Shown piece after piece: positions 26,941 through 39,968 of a DNA stretch of 64,000 nt (its first letter is position 1; each line of letters opens with the position of its first letter). Origin of the DNA: the human T2T-CHM13v2.0 reference genome, Homo sapiens; NCBI RefSeq assembly GCF_009914755.1, contig NC_060927.1; one strand, written 5' to 3'. The position numbers and the translations under genes were made by a program. The notes beneath the pieces were generated by a model. It saw only the letters and a program-made list of their open reading frames with translations. It was not told the origin of the DNA and ran no database searches.

Positions 26941-27914
26941 TTTTTTTTACAGTAGACTGACTTTTTTAAGCAAATTGGCATTCTATATATTCTATACAGT
27001 TTTTCCTCACTTAACATTATATTAAACAGTATCCTGTATCATTAGATATGACAGCATTAGATTATATTATAAAGTCATGTCATAGCATACATTACATCAC
27101 ATCACATTATACCATATCATATAAATACATTTCAGTCTATTATTCCTTGATTGCTGGATATTCGGGTTATGATTTTTTATAACATAAATAATGCTACAGT
27201 GAACATCCTCATATATTATAAAATTTTATCTTCTCCAATTGGTTTTTCTTAAAATTTATTTCTAAAAGTAGAATTACTAGCTTACATGTGAAAAATAAAA
27301 CTTTTCCAGGCTACTGAGACACACCACCAAGTTGGATTTTACAGTCATGTTGGTTACCCATTCAATGTTTGCTCACTGGAGAAACATATCATGTTTGATC
27401 CTTTTGAAACTTGCTTTGACAAAATGTCATGGACAACATCCAAGAACATGCCCTGTGTTGAGTTCTTTATGGCAAGTGCTGTTTGGCAAGGGCTCTTTAG
27501 TTACTGTAAATTAAGCAAATAGAGCTGAGTTTTATGTACACCATAACAATGTTAGCAACTCTGTGGGCTTAGTACCTCTCCGTGCGTTCAGAGTTGGAAA
27601 TGTGTGTTCAGTGCAGGTCAGAATAACAGAACAGGGCCACGTCACTGCAGTTTCCTTTGATCCCATTGTATGTACGGCGTGGAAGGCAGAAAAGACCAAT
27701 AACCATCTAAGAAGCAGTAAACTCTTGGGACTTTGTGCCAAAATAAAAATGTTGTATGAACCTTGCTGCAACCAGTATTTTATATATCTCCTAGGAAAGC
27801 ATTGATCCTTTAGGTCTGACAGGTCTGGTTTTTGGATTTTATAGAAATAGGAATTAGCAAATTCTCCTTCTATTTTAGGTATGTTAATCAACAAAGACAC
27901 CTAGGTTTTTTCCT

Positions 27915-28372
27915 TTTCTCAAACTTTATTTTTTATTGATACATAATAGATGTGTATATTTTGGGCGTACAGGTGATATTTTGAAACATTCATATAATGT
28001 GTAATGATCAAATCAGGGTAATTGGGATATCTATCTCCTTAAACATTTATCTTTTATTTATGCTGGAAACATTCAAATTATTTTCTTCTCACTATTTTGA
28101 AATGTGTAATAGATTATTGTTAACTATAGTCACCCTATTGATCTATAGAAGACTAGATCTGTCTTTTTCTGTCTACCTGTATATTTGTACCCATTAATCA
28201 ACCTCTCTTCATCTCTCCCTCTACTATCTCCTTCCCAGCTCTGGTAATTACCAATCTATTCTCTATCTTTATGAAATTCGCTTTTTAAACTCCCACATAT
28301 GATATGAGTGAGTGCATGCAACATTTATTTTCCTGTGTGTGGCTTATTTCACTTAACATAATGACCTCCACT
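27915..28372 (-). mobile_element. L1MA-like 3' end fragment
   Basis: TTTTATTGATACATAATAGATGT...TAATGATCAAATCAGGGTAATTGG...GGCTTATTTCACTTAACATAATGACCTCCA. Confidence 0.85.
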
Positions 28373-29499
28373 TTTAAAAAATTAAATGAGATAGTTGTTT
28401 TCTCTGGAGCGGCTTCCAGTTGTGGATGTGGTGGTGATAAAGTGATCACATGAGCACACTTTTAGTTCTGATGACCTTGACTCTTGTGTTCTCTAGACTC
28501 ATCTGAGGCACCCATGACTGAGACTGGGTTCAAGAATGTGAAGTGATCTTAATGATCTACAAATTTTCTCTTTCTGATTTGGAAGAGCTGCATGCAGTGC
28601 ATTAAACTTTTGAACCTAAGTGCTTTGATGGCTAACCATAACTTATGACAACACTCTCTTTTCTGTATTTTAAACCCTATTTACTATTATTTAGTTCTAT
28701 TTAATATTATTAAAGTTTTATGATGACTCCATCCAATGAGGAAAAACAAATGGAAAACAACTTGCTGTTGTTCCATGTCCTTACTCTGATGCAGTGGTCC
28801 TGATTTTAGAGCAGGTTCTTAGGATTAAAGTGGAAGTGAACATCCCTGTGCTTTGGGAGAGGATTCTGAGCTGATGATAGCTGACCCAGGGTGGGCTTGG
28901 GATATCATGACTCCATATGCTGTGGTGCCTCTGCCCTGTGCTTGAGTTTTGATTGCTTTCCTGTCTGTTTTCCATAAGTTATCCAGTAGAAGAACACTGT
29001 CCTATGAGATCAGTACATCCCCCTCTTAATTAAATTTTCTGGTGCTTAGTCATCAAAAGCCCTATTTAATATTTAGGCACTGTGAAAAAGACCTGGAAGG
29101 GATTTCTTTTATTAGCAATAAGATACAGACCCTTGGAGCCCTATTAAATCAATTCTCGTTAGATGTGGATTCATAGGGCCAAGAGTTCACTAGCTTTCCG
29201 CTGCTATTATGTTGCAGTTTGTATTTAAGCGGACTTTGTAGAGACACTCAAACTTAATGGATTATGGACCCTGATCGATTCAATATGTCCTAAATTTGTG
29301 AAGCTTTATAGTGGTAGGGTGTGTTTTGCAGTAGTCATGTGGTCTGGGAAAGAGAGAGAAGCCAAGATAGTTTGGGGCATAAAACAGGGCCCATTTGACT
29401 CTTCACACTCTCATTCCACACAGGTCCACAAAACCAATCAAAAAAGAAAATCAGGATAGGAATTTGAAAGTACCATGTGGTAAACTTTGGAACTATTAA

Positions 29500-30100
29500 A
29501 AAATCATACTATTGTAGGCTCATACATTACTGAGTGGATGTTTAAACCATTATTCCTTCTATGGAAAGCAAAGTAGCTATAACTCAAAATTACAAGTGTT
29601 TGTAGCCTATAACCTTGCAATTTCATCCCCAGGAATTATCCTACAGATGTACTTCACAGATTTGAAATGGTATATATTTGAGGTTATAATTGTAACATTG
29701 TTTAAAATATACACCAATACAATATTAGGAAAACATACTATGGTATATCCAGATAATGGAATGCCATGTTGTTATTAAAAAAAGAATAAGGAAGTACTCT
29801 ATACTGATACACAAATATCTCAAAGATATGGTAAGTGAAAATCAAGATTAAAGACAGTTTTGTCTGTTTTTGTAGGAAAAAAGAGGAAGAGCGGGAGAAA
29901 GGGAGAGAGGGGAGGAGAAAGAGATATTCTGTATATGCACAAAATACCTCTAGAAGCATATATGCAAAGCACAGAGCTTTGATATGGGGAAGGGAATTGG
30001 GTAGCTAGAGGACAGAATTTAAGAGGAAAACTTTTTATTGTAAAACTTTTAATACTTTTCTAAATTTTGAACTATGTCATTGTAAAATCTAGCCAAAACA
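29500..30100 (+). mobile_element. Old L1ME-like 3' fragment
   Basis: GCAATTTCA..CCAGGAATTATCC...TATGGTATATCC...TTTTGAACTATG pattern. Confidence 0.6.
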
Positions 30101-30597
30101 TTTGCAAATGGAAGCTAAGAAACACATGCTTGTGTGATATTGTTAGATGAATACTGTGAGTTCATCAAAAGTTTTTTTCTTAGACTTTAAAATAACACAA
30201 CTGTATATACAATCGCAAGAAGTATTGTTTATGAGTTTCTACTTCTACTTCTAAGTAGGGTACCAAGAGAAATATTCATTTTTACATTTTCTGTCTATCA
30301 CTATATGACTCTGAAACTATAAATATATATACATAGACTTCATTAAAATATTACTAGAATTTAATCCTTCTGCTTTTATGGGATAGTATGTTGATAAAAT
30401 ATTGATTTTTCTATTAGTTTCCTAAGATCTTGACTGGGAGATCTGGAAAGAAAGTCAGAGATGACTTGGTTGAGCCCTGTTTCACCCAAGAGGAAAGACA
30501 GCCAAGGGAAATTAAGCCACATGCTTAAGGTTCACAGATAGTCAGGTGTGCCCAGCGGGTTTTATGTTTTATTTGGTTACCTTAAGAATATATCTTT

Positions 30598-30941
<344 letters not shown>

Positions 30942-30999
30942 TCACAATTGAATTTAACTTCACCCCAAATGCCTCTTAATAATAGGAATGTTATCAAGC

Positions 31000-32950
31000 C
31001 AGAAGCAGTTGGGAAAGTGCCTTCCAGTCTGTAACCCAAAAGAATTCTCAGATCTTCAAGAACTTAAAGTTACTTATATTTAGTCAATTAAAAAGTTAAT
31101 CAAAAGAGAGATCGCAGGTTAAAGGAAAATGACATTAAAATAAGTGGTAAGTAATGAAAGCTTTAAGATTTGTGTTAATTTTTAAAAATGTTAAATACTT
31201 GTTCTTATGATTGTACAACTTAATATGATGTCAAAAGTAGTTCTTAAAAGAAATTATAAAAAGTACTAATATTCTGAGTATAAAGGCTATGATTCTTTAT
31301 TTGGTAGGGGAGAAGAGGAAAAGGGAAAATTCTGTAGGCATATCTTTAGCTACTGTTTTATTCTCTATGGTGATTGAGAAAATAGGATTAAGTGGTTTAA
31401 AAATATGCAGGTAATGGCCAAAAAAAAAAGTTGAGACTACATATTACTTCTGAATAACCAAAAAAATAGAACAAAGATCTAAGAAAGCTTTGATCCCTAG
31501 AATGTCAAGGGAGTGGCAATAAAGCACAAAATAAAATGACACAGAAAGATCAAATACTGCATATTGTCCCAGTAAATATGAATTTGTTCAGCTTCTTAAA
31601 AAATAAAAAGCCCTCAAATTTAATAGAAAAGCAAAGTCAACGTGATTACCAGAGACTCACCTACATAAAGTGACATAGAAAAGATAAAAATAAAGAAATG
31701 AACATTGTGGTGGGCAGAATGTTACAATGGGCCTGAGGTTCTACCCTATCCAACCCTCTAACCTGGTGTATGCATCTTACATAATTCTCCTGGGATTATG
31801 TAGTGTGATATGAAGCAGTAGACTTTAAGAAAGGAAAATTATCCAGATGGGCCTGACCTAATCAGACAAGCCCTTTAAGAACAGAGTTTTCTCTGACTGC
31901 TAGGAACGAAAGGTCAGAGAGAGAGAAGTGTGAGAGGTTATTAACTGGGGGTTCTCCAGTGCTGAGACGGAGGAGCCACATGTCCAGGACCTCAGAATAG
32001 TCCCCAGCCAACAGCTGGAAGACAGCAGAGACCTCAGTCCTACTACTGTAAGGAAATGTGCTCTGACAACAACCTGATGAAGCTTGGAAGCAGATCTTTC
32101 CCTAGTTGGGCCTCCCACATGAGGACACAGCTAAGCAACACCTTCCTTTCAGCCTTATGAGAGCCTGAGCAGACGATCCAGATAAAATGTGCCGAGCTTA
32201 TGACCCATGGAAACTGAGGGATAGTCAATTCAGTGGCAAATTGGTGTTGTCACTGAGTTTGTGGTGATTTGTTACATCACAAGAGAAAACTAATACAAAT
32301 ATATCACCCACTAGAAGATTCTAAACAAGAAGGTTGGAGTGGTGCTATTAATGCCAAAAAAAGTTGGAATTCGCTAAAGGCGAAAAGCATTAAATGGGAC
32401 AAAGTAGGATTTTAATTTAAAAAGGAATAACTTATAAGTATATAAAAGTAAACAATATTATATGGTTAAGATAGCCTTAGATTCAGCTTTTAATATAACA
32501 GTTTTAATACTAAGAGAAATAGGCAAATGCTTAGCTGGAGATAATAGAACATTTGCAACAGTGCAACAGGTCAAACAGACAAAAAGCAAGTAAAGTTGTG
32601 ATATTTTAGGATGAGATTAAGCATAGCAATCATTAAACTAGGGATTTAAATGTTGGGAAATGAAAAGAGTAATAAAAGAAAACTTGGGGTAATAAAAGAA
32701 AGAAATTAAGAAAAGTACAAGCAGAAATTAACAATTTAAAGAAAAAGAGTAGAATTAGCAAATTAAAATTCAGCTGGCTTGTTTCCTGAAAAAAATGAAT
32801 AAAATACAAAAAAGGAATACAAATGAATAAAGTATTAAAAAACCTCCCAATAAGACTGTTCAAAGAGAGAAAGAGAAATGAACAATTTTAGAACATTGAG
32901 GAGATATAAGCACTGGTACAAAGAAGATTAACATTTACAAGAGAAAGCTA
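31000..32950 (+). mobile_element. Highly diverged L1M ORF2-like remnant (interrupted by MLT1)
   Basis: A-rich with EN-region-like pieces (AGAGACTCACCTA, AGAAAAGATAAAAATAAAG). Very degraded. Confidence 0.45.
31706..32297 (+). mobile_element. MLT1 (MaLR) solo LTR
   Basis: TGTGGTGGGCAGAAT...AGAAAACTAATACA termini; 5-bp TSD AACAT/AATAT. Confidence 0.88.
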
Positions 32951-32959
32951 GTCTAAATT

Positions 32960-33452
32960 CTTGGTACTCAAATTGTGGTCTACAGACTAGCAGCCATGGT
33001 TTCACCTGGGAGCTTGTTAGAAATACAGACTCACTGGGTGTGGTGGTGCACGCCTATAGTCCCAGCTACTCAGGAGGCTGAGGTGGGAGCATCACTTGAA
33101 CCTGGTAATTTGAGGCTACACTGAGCTATGATTGCACCACTGCACTCCAGCCTGGCCTGGGCAACAGAGAGAGACCCTGTCTCAGAAATGAAAACGAAAA
33201 TAAAAATAAACACTCTCAGACACTACCCTAGACGTACTGAATCAGAATCTGCATTTTAGCAAGATCGCCAGGTGATTCACGTTTACTTCAATTTCTCTAA
33301 ATCAGTGATTGTCAACTTTGGCTCCACACAGTAATCACTTTCAGAGCTACAAGAAAATGCTCTCAAAGATTGTTATTTCACTGGCCTGGACAGCAAGACT
33401 TTTGAAGACTATCAAGATGACACTAATGTAAAGCCAGAGTTGACAATCACTG
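32960..33452. mobile_element. MER5A (split by an Alu monomer) followed by a MER5B-like element
   Basis: CACCTGGGAGCTTGTTAGAAAT...ACTGAATCAGAATCTGCATTTT; then CAGTGATTGTCAAC...GTTGACAATCACTG terminal inverted repeats at about 33303-33452. Confidence 0.8.
33033..33210 (+). mobile_element. FRAM/FAM Alu monomer
   Basis: Single right-monomer-like unit; imperfect TSD AAATACAGACTC/AAATAAACACTC. Confidence 0.85.
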
Positions 33453-33699
33453 CTCTAAATTATTCTATGCAAATTTTAAAATCTCAATGTAATGGATGAC
33501 TTTTCAAAAAATATAAATTTTCTGGGGAGAGGGGTAATTAAGTTAAAATGTGATACATCATCTGAATAAACCACCAGTCAGAACAACCTAAAAATGTGTC
33601 ATATAGCCTCTCAAAAGACAATGGAGTCCTCTGGCTCCAGTGCACATTCTTTCTGGAAGGAACATACCCTCATCCTGGGACTCAAAAAATTTTTAAAGA

Positions 33700-34400
33700 G
33701 AAAGTTTTTATCATGAGCAGTTTATATTTTAAAATTACTAATCAAGGAAACAAATCAATGTAAGTAAAAGCCAGAGGCAGTAGAACCAGGACTGTAAAAT
33801 ATATAGCCACTAGAATCAACAGCTACAGAGTAATAAGAAAATACTTGCTGAGTTAAAGAAGTCAGGCAAATATGAAAATATGAATAAAGAACAAGCAAAT
33901 TTAAAAACAAAGAACTCATTAAAGTAAGTAATAATTTAAATAAAACTTAACACACATATTACATAGCAGATTAAACATTGGTGAAGATTAAACACTGTAA
34001 GATGAATTTTTAAAAATCTAGAATTAAGAAGTAAGAAACAGATGATAATATGAAAGAGAGGTTAAGAGTCAAAGAGAGGATTGAGTGAGAGAGGCTAGCC
34101 AGAGTTCTAGAAGAAAAAAAAGAGAAAGAATAGATTAGAGCAATATTTGAAGAGATATTGGTTGAGAATTTCCAACAGTTGATGAAAGGCTCTGATCAAG
34201 ATTTTCATGAAGCCCAGAAATTCCTAAGGAGGATAATAAAAATAAATCTACATATAGACTACTCTTAGTGAAGCTGTGGAACACCGAAGACAAACAGAAG
34301 ATCTCAAAAGCAGCTAGAGAAAAAAGATTTGCTTCTAAGGAATAACAACCAGACAGATACTTGATTGTCAGCAACAGAGCAATAATACCTTACATGTGCT
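33700..34400 (+). mobile_element. Old L1M/HAL1 ORF1-like fragment
   Basis: GAGCAATATTTGAAGAGATA...GAGAATTTCCA...AAAAGCAGCTAGAGAAAAAAG. Confidence 0.6.
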
Positions 34401-34769
34401 GACAGGTATTTTAGTGTAAAATTTGTAGGCTTTAGTGATGGATTGGGTATGAGATCATGAAGGAAGCATGTCAAGAATATCTGTCAAGTTCTGGAATACA
34501 AAAGATGCCTTCATTGAAATGCAAAAATACTGAAAGAGATCCAGGCTTGAGGGAGAAGCTTATGAATTTGCTTTTGGACAAGTTGAATTTGAGGTGCTTT
34601 TCAGACATCCAAAAGAAGAAGAGGTTCCTTTTCCATGCCATCATCTATCTCACAGTTTCTAGCTTGTCTAAAAGCATATTACAAGAAACTTGGTCAAATG
34701 TCTTGCTGAAATGGACTCAGTACTCTGTAACAATCCCTTGTCCTGTTAGAAATGAAGTTTAGTGTAAAT

Positions 34770-34950
34770 TGATTTTGAGTTGTAACTCAGCCACTTACTG
34801 TGTAACTTTAAACATAATACACTCAATGTTGAATCACCTCAATTTTTTCATCTGTATCATGGTAATAAAATTATATATTAATCACTTATTGAGGTATCAT
34901 GAGGACTAAAAAAAGTCTGAGAAACATTTGCTGCATAAAATGCCACACAA
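34770..34950 (+). mobile_element. MIR fragment
   Basis: GCCACTTACTGTGTAAC...CCTCAATTTTTTCATCTGTA. Confidence 0.55.
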
Positions 34951-34959
34951 ATCATTATC

Positions 34960-35950
34960 TGTCAGTGATTTCTAACTTCTCAGAATCTTTTTCCCTCCAA
35001 GTGCTCATTCATCACCTGTTTCATAAACTGTCTTTCCAAAATATTATTGGCATTGATTTTAAGCAGAATCCACCTCCTTTTCACTTTTGAAATGTGGAAT
35101 GACATTGATCTGACTTTGAGCTCTTAAGGCCTATCTTCAGATGGTTTGCTATCATATTTGCAAGTTATTTCTGGGCCCTGGATATGATTTGGCTCAACTG
35201 GCAACTTGAAGTCAGTACAAAGCACCTGTGTGCTCTTTTGTTTTAATTTTATCTATCTCCTGTCTTGGGTTCCAGTTTCTTATTTTAACTGGAAAATAGT
35301 CTCTTCCTTAGAAAAGGTGGAAGATAAAAGATGTTGAAGAGGTCTGATTTTTCTACTAGCATCTGTTATCTAGCATTATACCATCTGCCCCAAGCAATTT
35401 TGTTGTTCCTTATTTATATTACCCTGGAACATAATTTCAGACAGCATTTAGTTTGAATGTCTTATATAATTATGACCTTTTCTATATATGTTCTTAATAG
35501 ATCTCTGCCATTTAATTTTTATGTTCTTTTGTCTTTAGGGTATGTTTTTCAAAAATATGAATTCTTCCATCTTTAGTTTGTGCTTTTTACACATATAACC
35601 TCATTAGAGCACAGTACTTTGCACATGATAGGCATTCCATGTTTGTATGTTTATATGAATGAATGCAAAGATGAATGAAATAGAATTTTCCATGTAACCA
35701 TATTTGTGGGTTCCTTTTCCCTTTTATCAAGGCCATTCACAATTACATTATCATTTGCTTTCCTTTATACATTCTATTCCTTTTGAAGTTGTATTCCATC
35801 ATGAATTTGACCTTTTGATAATGCATACATTTTTTCATATGTTTTAGAAACATATGCTTTCCTGAAATCCTTTGCTGCATCTGATTATGCCCAGCTTTTC
35901 ATTCCTTCAGTTTTATGAATTCTGAGATGATTGCTTTCTCTAAAGGTTTC
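34960..35950 (-). mobile_element. Possible L3/CR1 LINE remnant
   Basis: Reverse complement of about 35140-35215 resembles the CR1 pre-RT motif (KSPGPD..HPRVLKELA.VI) at nucleotide level. Recalled similarity only. Confidence 0.45.
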
Positions 35951-35989
35951 TGTCACTTCAGTGTCAAAGTGACTTTTTTATTTTTGGTG

Positions 35990-36200
35990 TCTGACCTCAG
36001 CTGGGACAGCTAGGATGACTGGGTCTCTCTTTCCATTTGTTCTTTTATCCTGAGCTTCTTCACAGCGTGATGGCCTCCGGATTCCAAGAAGAACATGAGT
36101 AGAAGCTGCTGTTGAGGTCAAGGCTCAGGGTTAGGCTGATAGACTCCAGCTTGATAACGGATGCTACAAAGAGCTGGTGGCCACATTTAATCTATATTAT
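35990..36200. mobile_element. MLT1 fragment
   Basis: CTCAGCTGGGACAGCT...CTTCTTCACAGCGTGATGGCCTC.GGATTCCAAGA. Confidence 0.55.
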
Positions 36201-36657
36201 ATACTATTTGTCATTCATTTTCACTTACTTTTTAAATAGTTGTTGATTGTACTGGGCTACATGATCTAGAAACCTAAAATAAGTGAGAGCAGTGGAATCA
36301 TCAAAATCTTGGCATTCTTTTATTTTCTGTTATACCTTTTTGTATTCAGGTTTAGTGCTCTTTGCAGAAATCCTCCTTCTGGCAGTCATTTGTCACAGAG
36401 AAACTGGTTATTAGTGATAAACTCAGTTAATATATTTTGGAAACTCTGACTGAGAAACAGTGGCCATATGGGTCCCTTCTCTTCAGGAGACAGAACAACA
36501 AGAAGTTTTGTCACAGATAAGCTAATTACATCTGCCAGTGGTTTAGATAACTGGTCTAAATTTGTTTTACTCACTAATTTTCAAACTTTGATGTGATGTC
36601 AGTGTATTAAAATAAAACTCAAACCCCCCTGGCTTTAGCTCCATGGATGATCTAGAA

Positions 36658-36841
36658 CAGGGATCCCTAATCCTGGCTGGACACTGAAACCACCTAGAGA
36701 GCTTTTAACAAACTACACTGTCCCAAGATTGTCATGTAGTTGGGTGGGTGAAGGGGAAGGAGATTGGTGGAATTCAGTTGGGAGTATTTTTTTCAAGCTT
36801 CCAAGTAAATCTAAAGTGCATTCAGAATAGAGAAGCGCTAC
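36658..36841. mobile_element. MER5B-like hAT MITE
   Basis: TCCTGGCTGGACACTGAAACCACCTAGAGAGCTTTT...AAGCTTCC....TCTAAAGTGCA. Confidence 0.6.
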
Positions 36842-36847
36842 TTTAAA

Positions 36848-37175
36848 CAGGGGTTTGAACATTTTTTCTGTAAAGGGCCAGATAGTAAATACCATAGACA
36901 TTGCAGATCATAAGCTCTCTGTTGGAAGTACTCAACTTTGTAGTACAAAAGCAGCCATAGGTCTTAGGTTAAACTAATGAGCATGGCTATCTTTCAATAA
37001 ACTTTGTGAACATTAAATTTGAGTTTTATATATGTAATTTTCACATTATGAAATATTATTCTTTTGTTTTTTTTCCAACCATTAAAATATGTAAAAACCA
37101 TTCCCAGCTAATGGACCATACAAAAACAGGTGAGGGGCCTGATTTGGCCCACAGGTCATAGTTTGCTGACCCCTA
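36848..37175. mobile_element. MER58B (hAT-Charlie)
   Basis: CAGGGGTTTGAACATTTTTTCTGTAAAGGGCCAGATAGTAAATA...TAGTTTGCTGACCCCT. Confidence 0.88.
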
Positions 37176-37289
37176 TTCTAGAGGACTCTGACAAAAGTTC
37201 TCTACTTTGACTAAAATGCTTCTCTCATAGACAGGGAAGAGGTTTTCATCATCTTTATAAAACTGTCACTTTTCAGTTGCTATGATGTT

Positions 37290-38830
37290 TTTCTTTTTAA
37301 ACGCGCTTTATGATGGTATAATGTACATGCCATAGATTTAACCTATTTTAACTGTACAATTTAATGATTTCTAGTAAATTTATAGAGTTATGCAATCATC
37401 ACCACAATCAGATTTAGAATATTTTCACTATCCTCAAAAGTTCCCTTTGGACCATTTGCATTCAGCCTCTTCCCACCCTGGCCCCAAGTATCCACTACTC
37501 TACTTATTTTCTCTGTAGATTTGCCTTATCTGGAAATTTCATATGTATAGGATATAATACATCATCTTTTGCACATGGCTTCTTTCATTTAGCATACTAT
37601 TTTTTAGTTTCTCCATGTTGTAGCATGCATGAGTCATTTATTCCCTTTCATTGCCACATAGTAGTCTATCACATGGGTATACCTCATTTTGCTTATCCAT
37701 TCACTCAATGCATTGTTTTCACTCCCTAGCCATTATTTAATGATGCTGCTGTGAAGAATTCCTTTCCATCCCATTTGTTGAGAGTTTTTATCATGAAGGC
37801 ATGTAGGATTTTGTGACATGCTTTTTCTGTATCTATTAAAATGATGATGTGGTTTTTGCCCTTTTTTCACTAATACGGTATATTACATTAATTGGATTTC
37901 AAATGTTACAAATCCCACTTAATCATGGTGTATAATTTGTATGTATTTCTGGATTTGTTTTGTAATATTTTTAGATATTTTGTGTCTATATTCCTGATGG
38001 TCTATAATTTTCTTTAATTGTGACATCTTTGTTTAGCTTTATATCAGGCTAATACCGCCTCATAGAATGAAATACGAAGTGTTTTTTCCTAAACTCTGTT
38101 TCCTCAATGAGGTTGTGAAGGATTGGTAGTAATGAATTTTCCCCCTCTTTATTTATCTACGAATGCCTTTGTTTTGCCCTCATTTTTGAAAGATAATTTT
38201 GCTGGAGAGTAAATTATTCGTTGACAGGAAAGTAGGAATAGCTAGGGACTTTGCAATTGCCACTGAGTATGTGTGCAGCCTCCCACATATGTACAGCCTC
38301 CCAGACCACCAGGGATATATATGTAGGAGCTTATCAGGGTTCACTACAGCTATCTCATTGCCCAAATCTCCTTGTTAAATTTCTGGCTTGTCTTCATGTT
38401 GGTTGTCCCAAATAGGATCACAGCTTCATTGTCTTCCCCCATTCTTTTGCCTCTGGAATTGCTGCTGTTTCTGACAATGCCCCGGGGCATGAGGTTTTAC
38501 TGTTCTCTGTTCCAAATCAATCTGGTTTCTTTCTGCAGCAAAAACTGCAGGTTTTCATGGCTTGTCTCACCCTGGTAGAACTACCAGCTGGCAGGTGTTG
38601 GGGATGTGTTGGAGATAATAAGGTAATGGTAGCAGTCCCAAGCTAAAATTCCACAGACTTCCACTGAGGTTCAATAGTTTTACTTGAATAAATGCTTCTC
38701 AACTTGTTATGTGCCTTCGGTCTGTTTCCAGGGTCTTGAAATAGTTATTTTTGATAATTTTTTCTAGTTTTAAAAATCATTCACTTTTGGAGAGAACTGG
38801 CTGAGTTTTTTGATCTGTCATTTCAGATAT
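37290..38830 (-). mobile_element. Old L1M fragments (3'UTR joined to internal pieces)
   Basis: TGTACAATTTAATGATTT...CATCACCACAATC 3'UTR pattern, then antisense ORF2-like TTGAGAGTTTTTATCATGAA. Confidence 0.7.
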
Positions 38831-38965
38831 CCTGCCTTACAGTGTTTTTAATTCATTGATTAATGCTTTCATTGTTAGGCAACTTATGGAAAACCAATTT
38901 TTCTTCCGTTGCTATTAACAAAATCTGTAACAGGTTTATCAGCTTAAGAAAATTTACTGCATCTT

Positions 38966-39968
38966 GGAGGGTGGTTCCAAGATGGCCAAATAGGAACAGC
39001 TCCAGTCTACAGCTCCCAGTGTGAGCGACACAGAAGACGGGTGATTTCTGCATTTCCAACTGAGGTACTGGGTTGATCTCACTGGGGCTTGTTGGACAGT
39101 GGGTGCAGCCCATGAAGCCAAAGCAGGGTGGGGCATCGCCTTACCCAGGAAGTGCAAGGGGTCAGGGAATTCCTTTTCCTAGCCAAGGGAAGCCGTGACA
39201 GATGGTACCTGGAAAATCAGGACACTCCCGCCCTAATACTGCACTTTTCCAAACGGCATACCAGGAGATTATATCCCATGCCTGACTCAGAGGGTCCCAC
39301 GCCCATGGAGTCTCGCTTACTGCTAGCACAGCCGTCTGAGATTGAACTGCAAGGTGGCAGGGAGGCTGGGAGAGGGGCGTCCACCATTACTGAGGCTTGA
39401 GTAGGTAAACAAAGCAGCTGGGAAGACTGAACTGGGTGGAGCCCACCGCAGCTCAGGGAGTCCTATCTGCCTCTATAGACTCCACCTCTGGGGCAGGGCA
39501 TAGCTAAACAAAAGGCAGCAGAAATTTCTGCAGACTTAAAATGTCCCTGTCTGACAGCTTTGAAGAGAGTAGTGGTTCTCCCAGCATGGAGTTTGAGATC
39601 TGAGAACGGATAGACTGCCTCCTCAAGTGGGTCCCTGACACCCAAGTAGCTTAACTGGGAGACACCTCCCAGTAGGGGCCAATTGACACCTCATACAGCC
39701 AGGTAGGTGCCCCTCCGAGATGAAGCTTCCAGAGGAAGGATCAGGCAGCAACATTTGCCATTCTGCAATATGTGCTGTTCTGTAGCCTCCGCTGGGGTGA
39801 TACCCAGGCAAACATGGTCTGGAGTGGACCTCCAGCAAATTCCAATAGACCTGCAGCTGAGGGTCCTGACTGTTAGAAGGAAAACTAACAAACGGAAAGG
39901 ACATCCACACCAAAACCCCATCTGTACGTCACCATCATCAAAGACCAAAGGTAGATACAACCACAAAG
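38966..39968 (+). promoter_or_regulatory. L1 5'UTR internal sense/antisense promoter (CpG-decayed)
   Basis: YY1 motif CAAGATGGCC near 38978; lies upstream of the ORF1 ATG at 39969. Confidence 0.75.
39217..39387 (-). pseudogene. L1 ORF0 homologue, 56 aa, prematurely stopped
   Basis: Manual translation MVDAPLPASLPPCSSISDGCASSKRDSMGVGPSESGMGYNLLVCRLEKCSIRAGVS*. Confidence 0.65.

Noticed and set aside
27532-27900. 122-aa minus-strand ORF with several CpGs as a possible exon
   Set aside because: No domain similarity and no convincing acceptor/donor pair.
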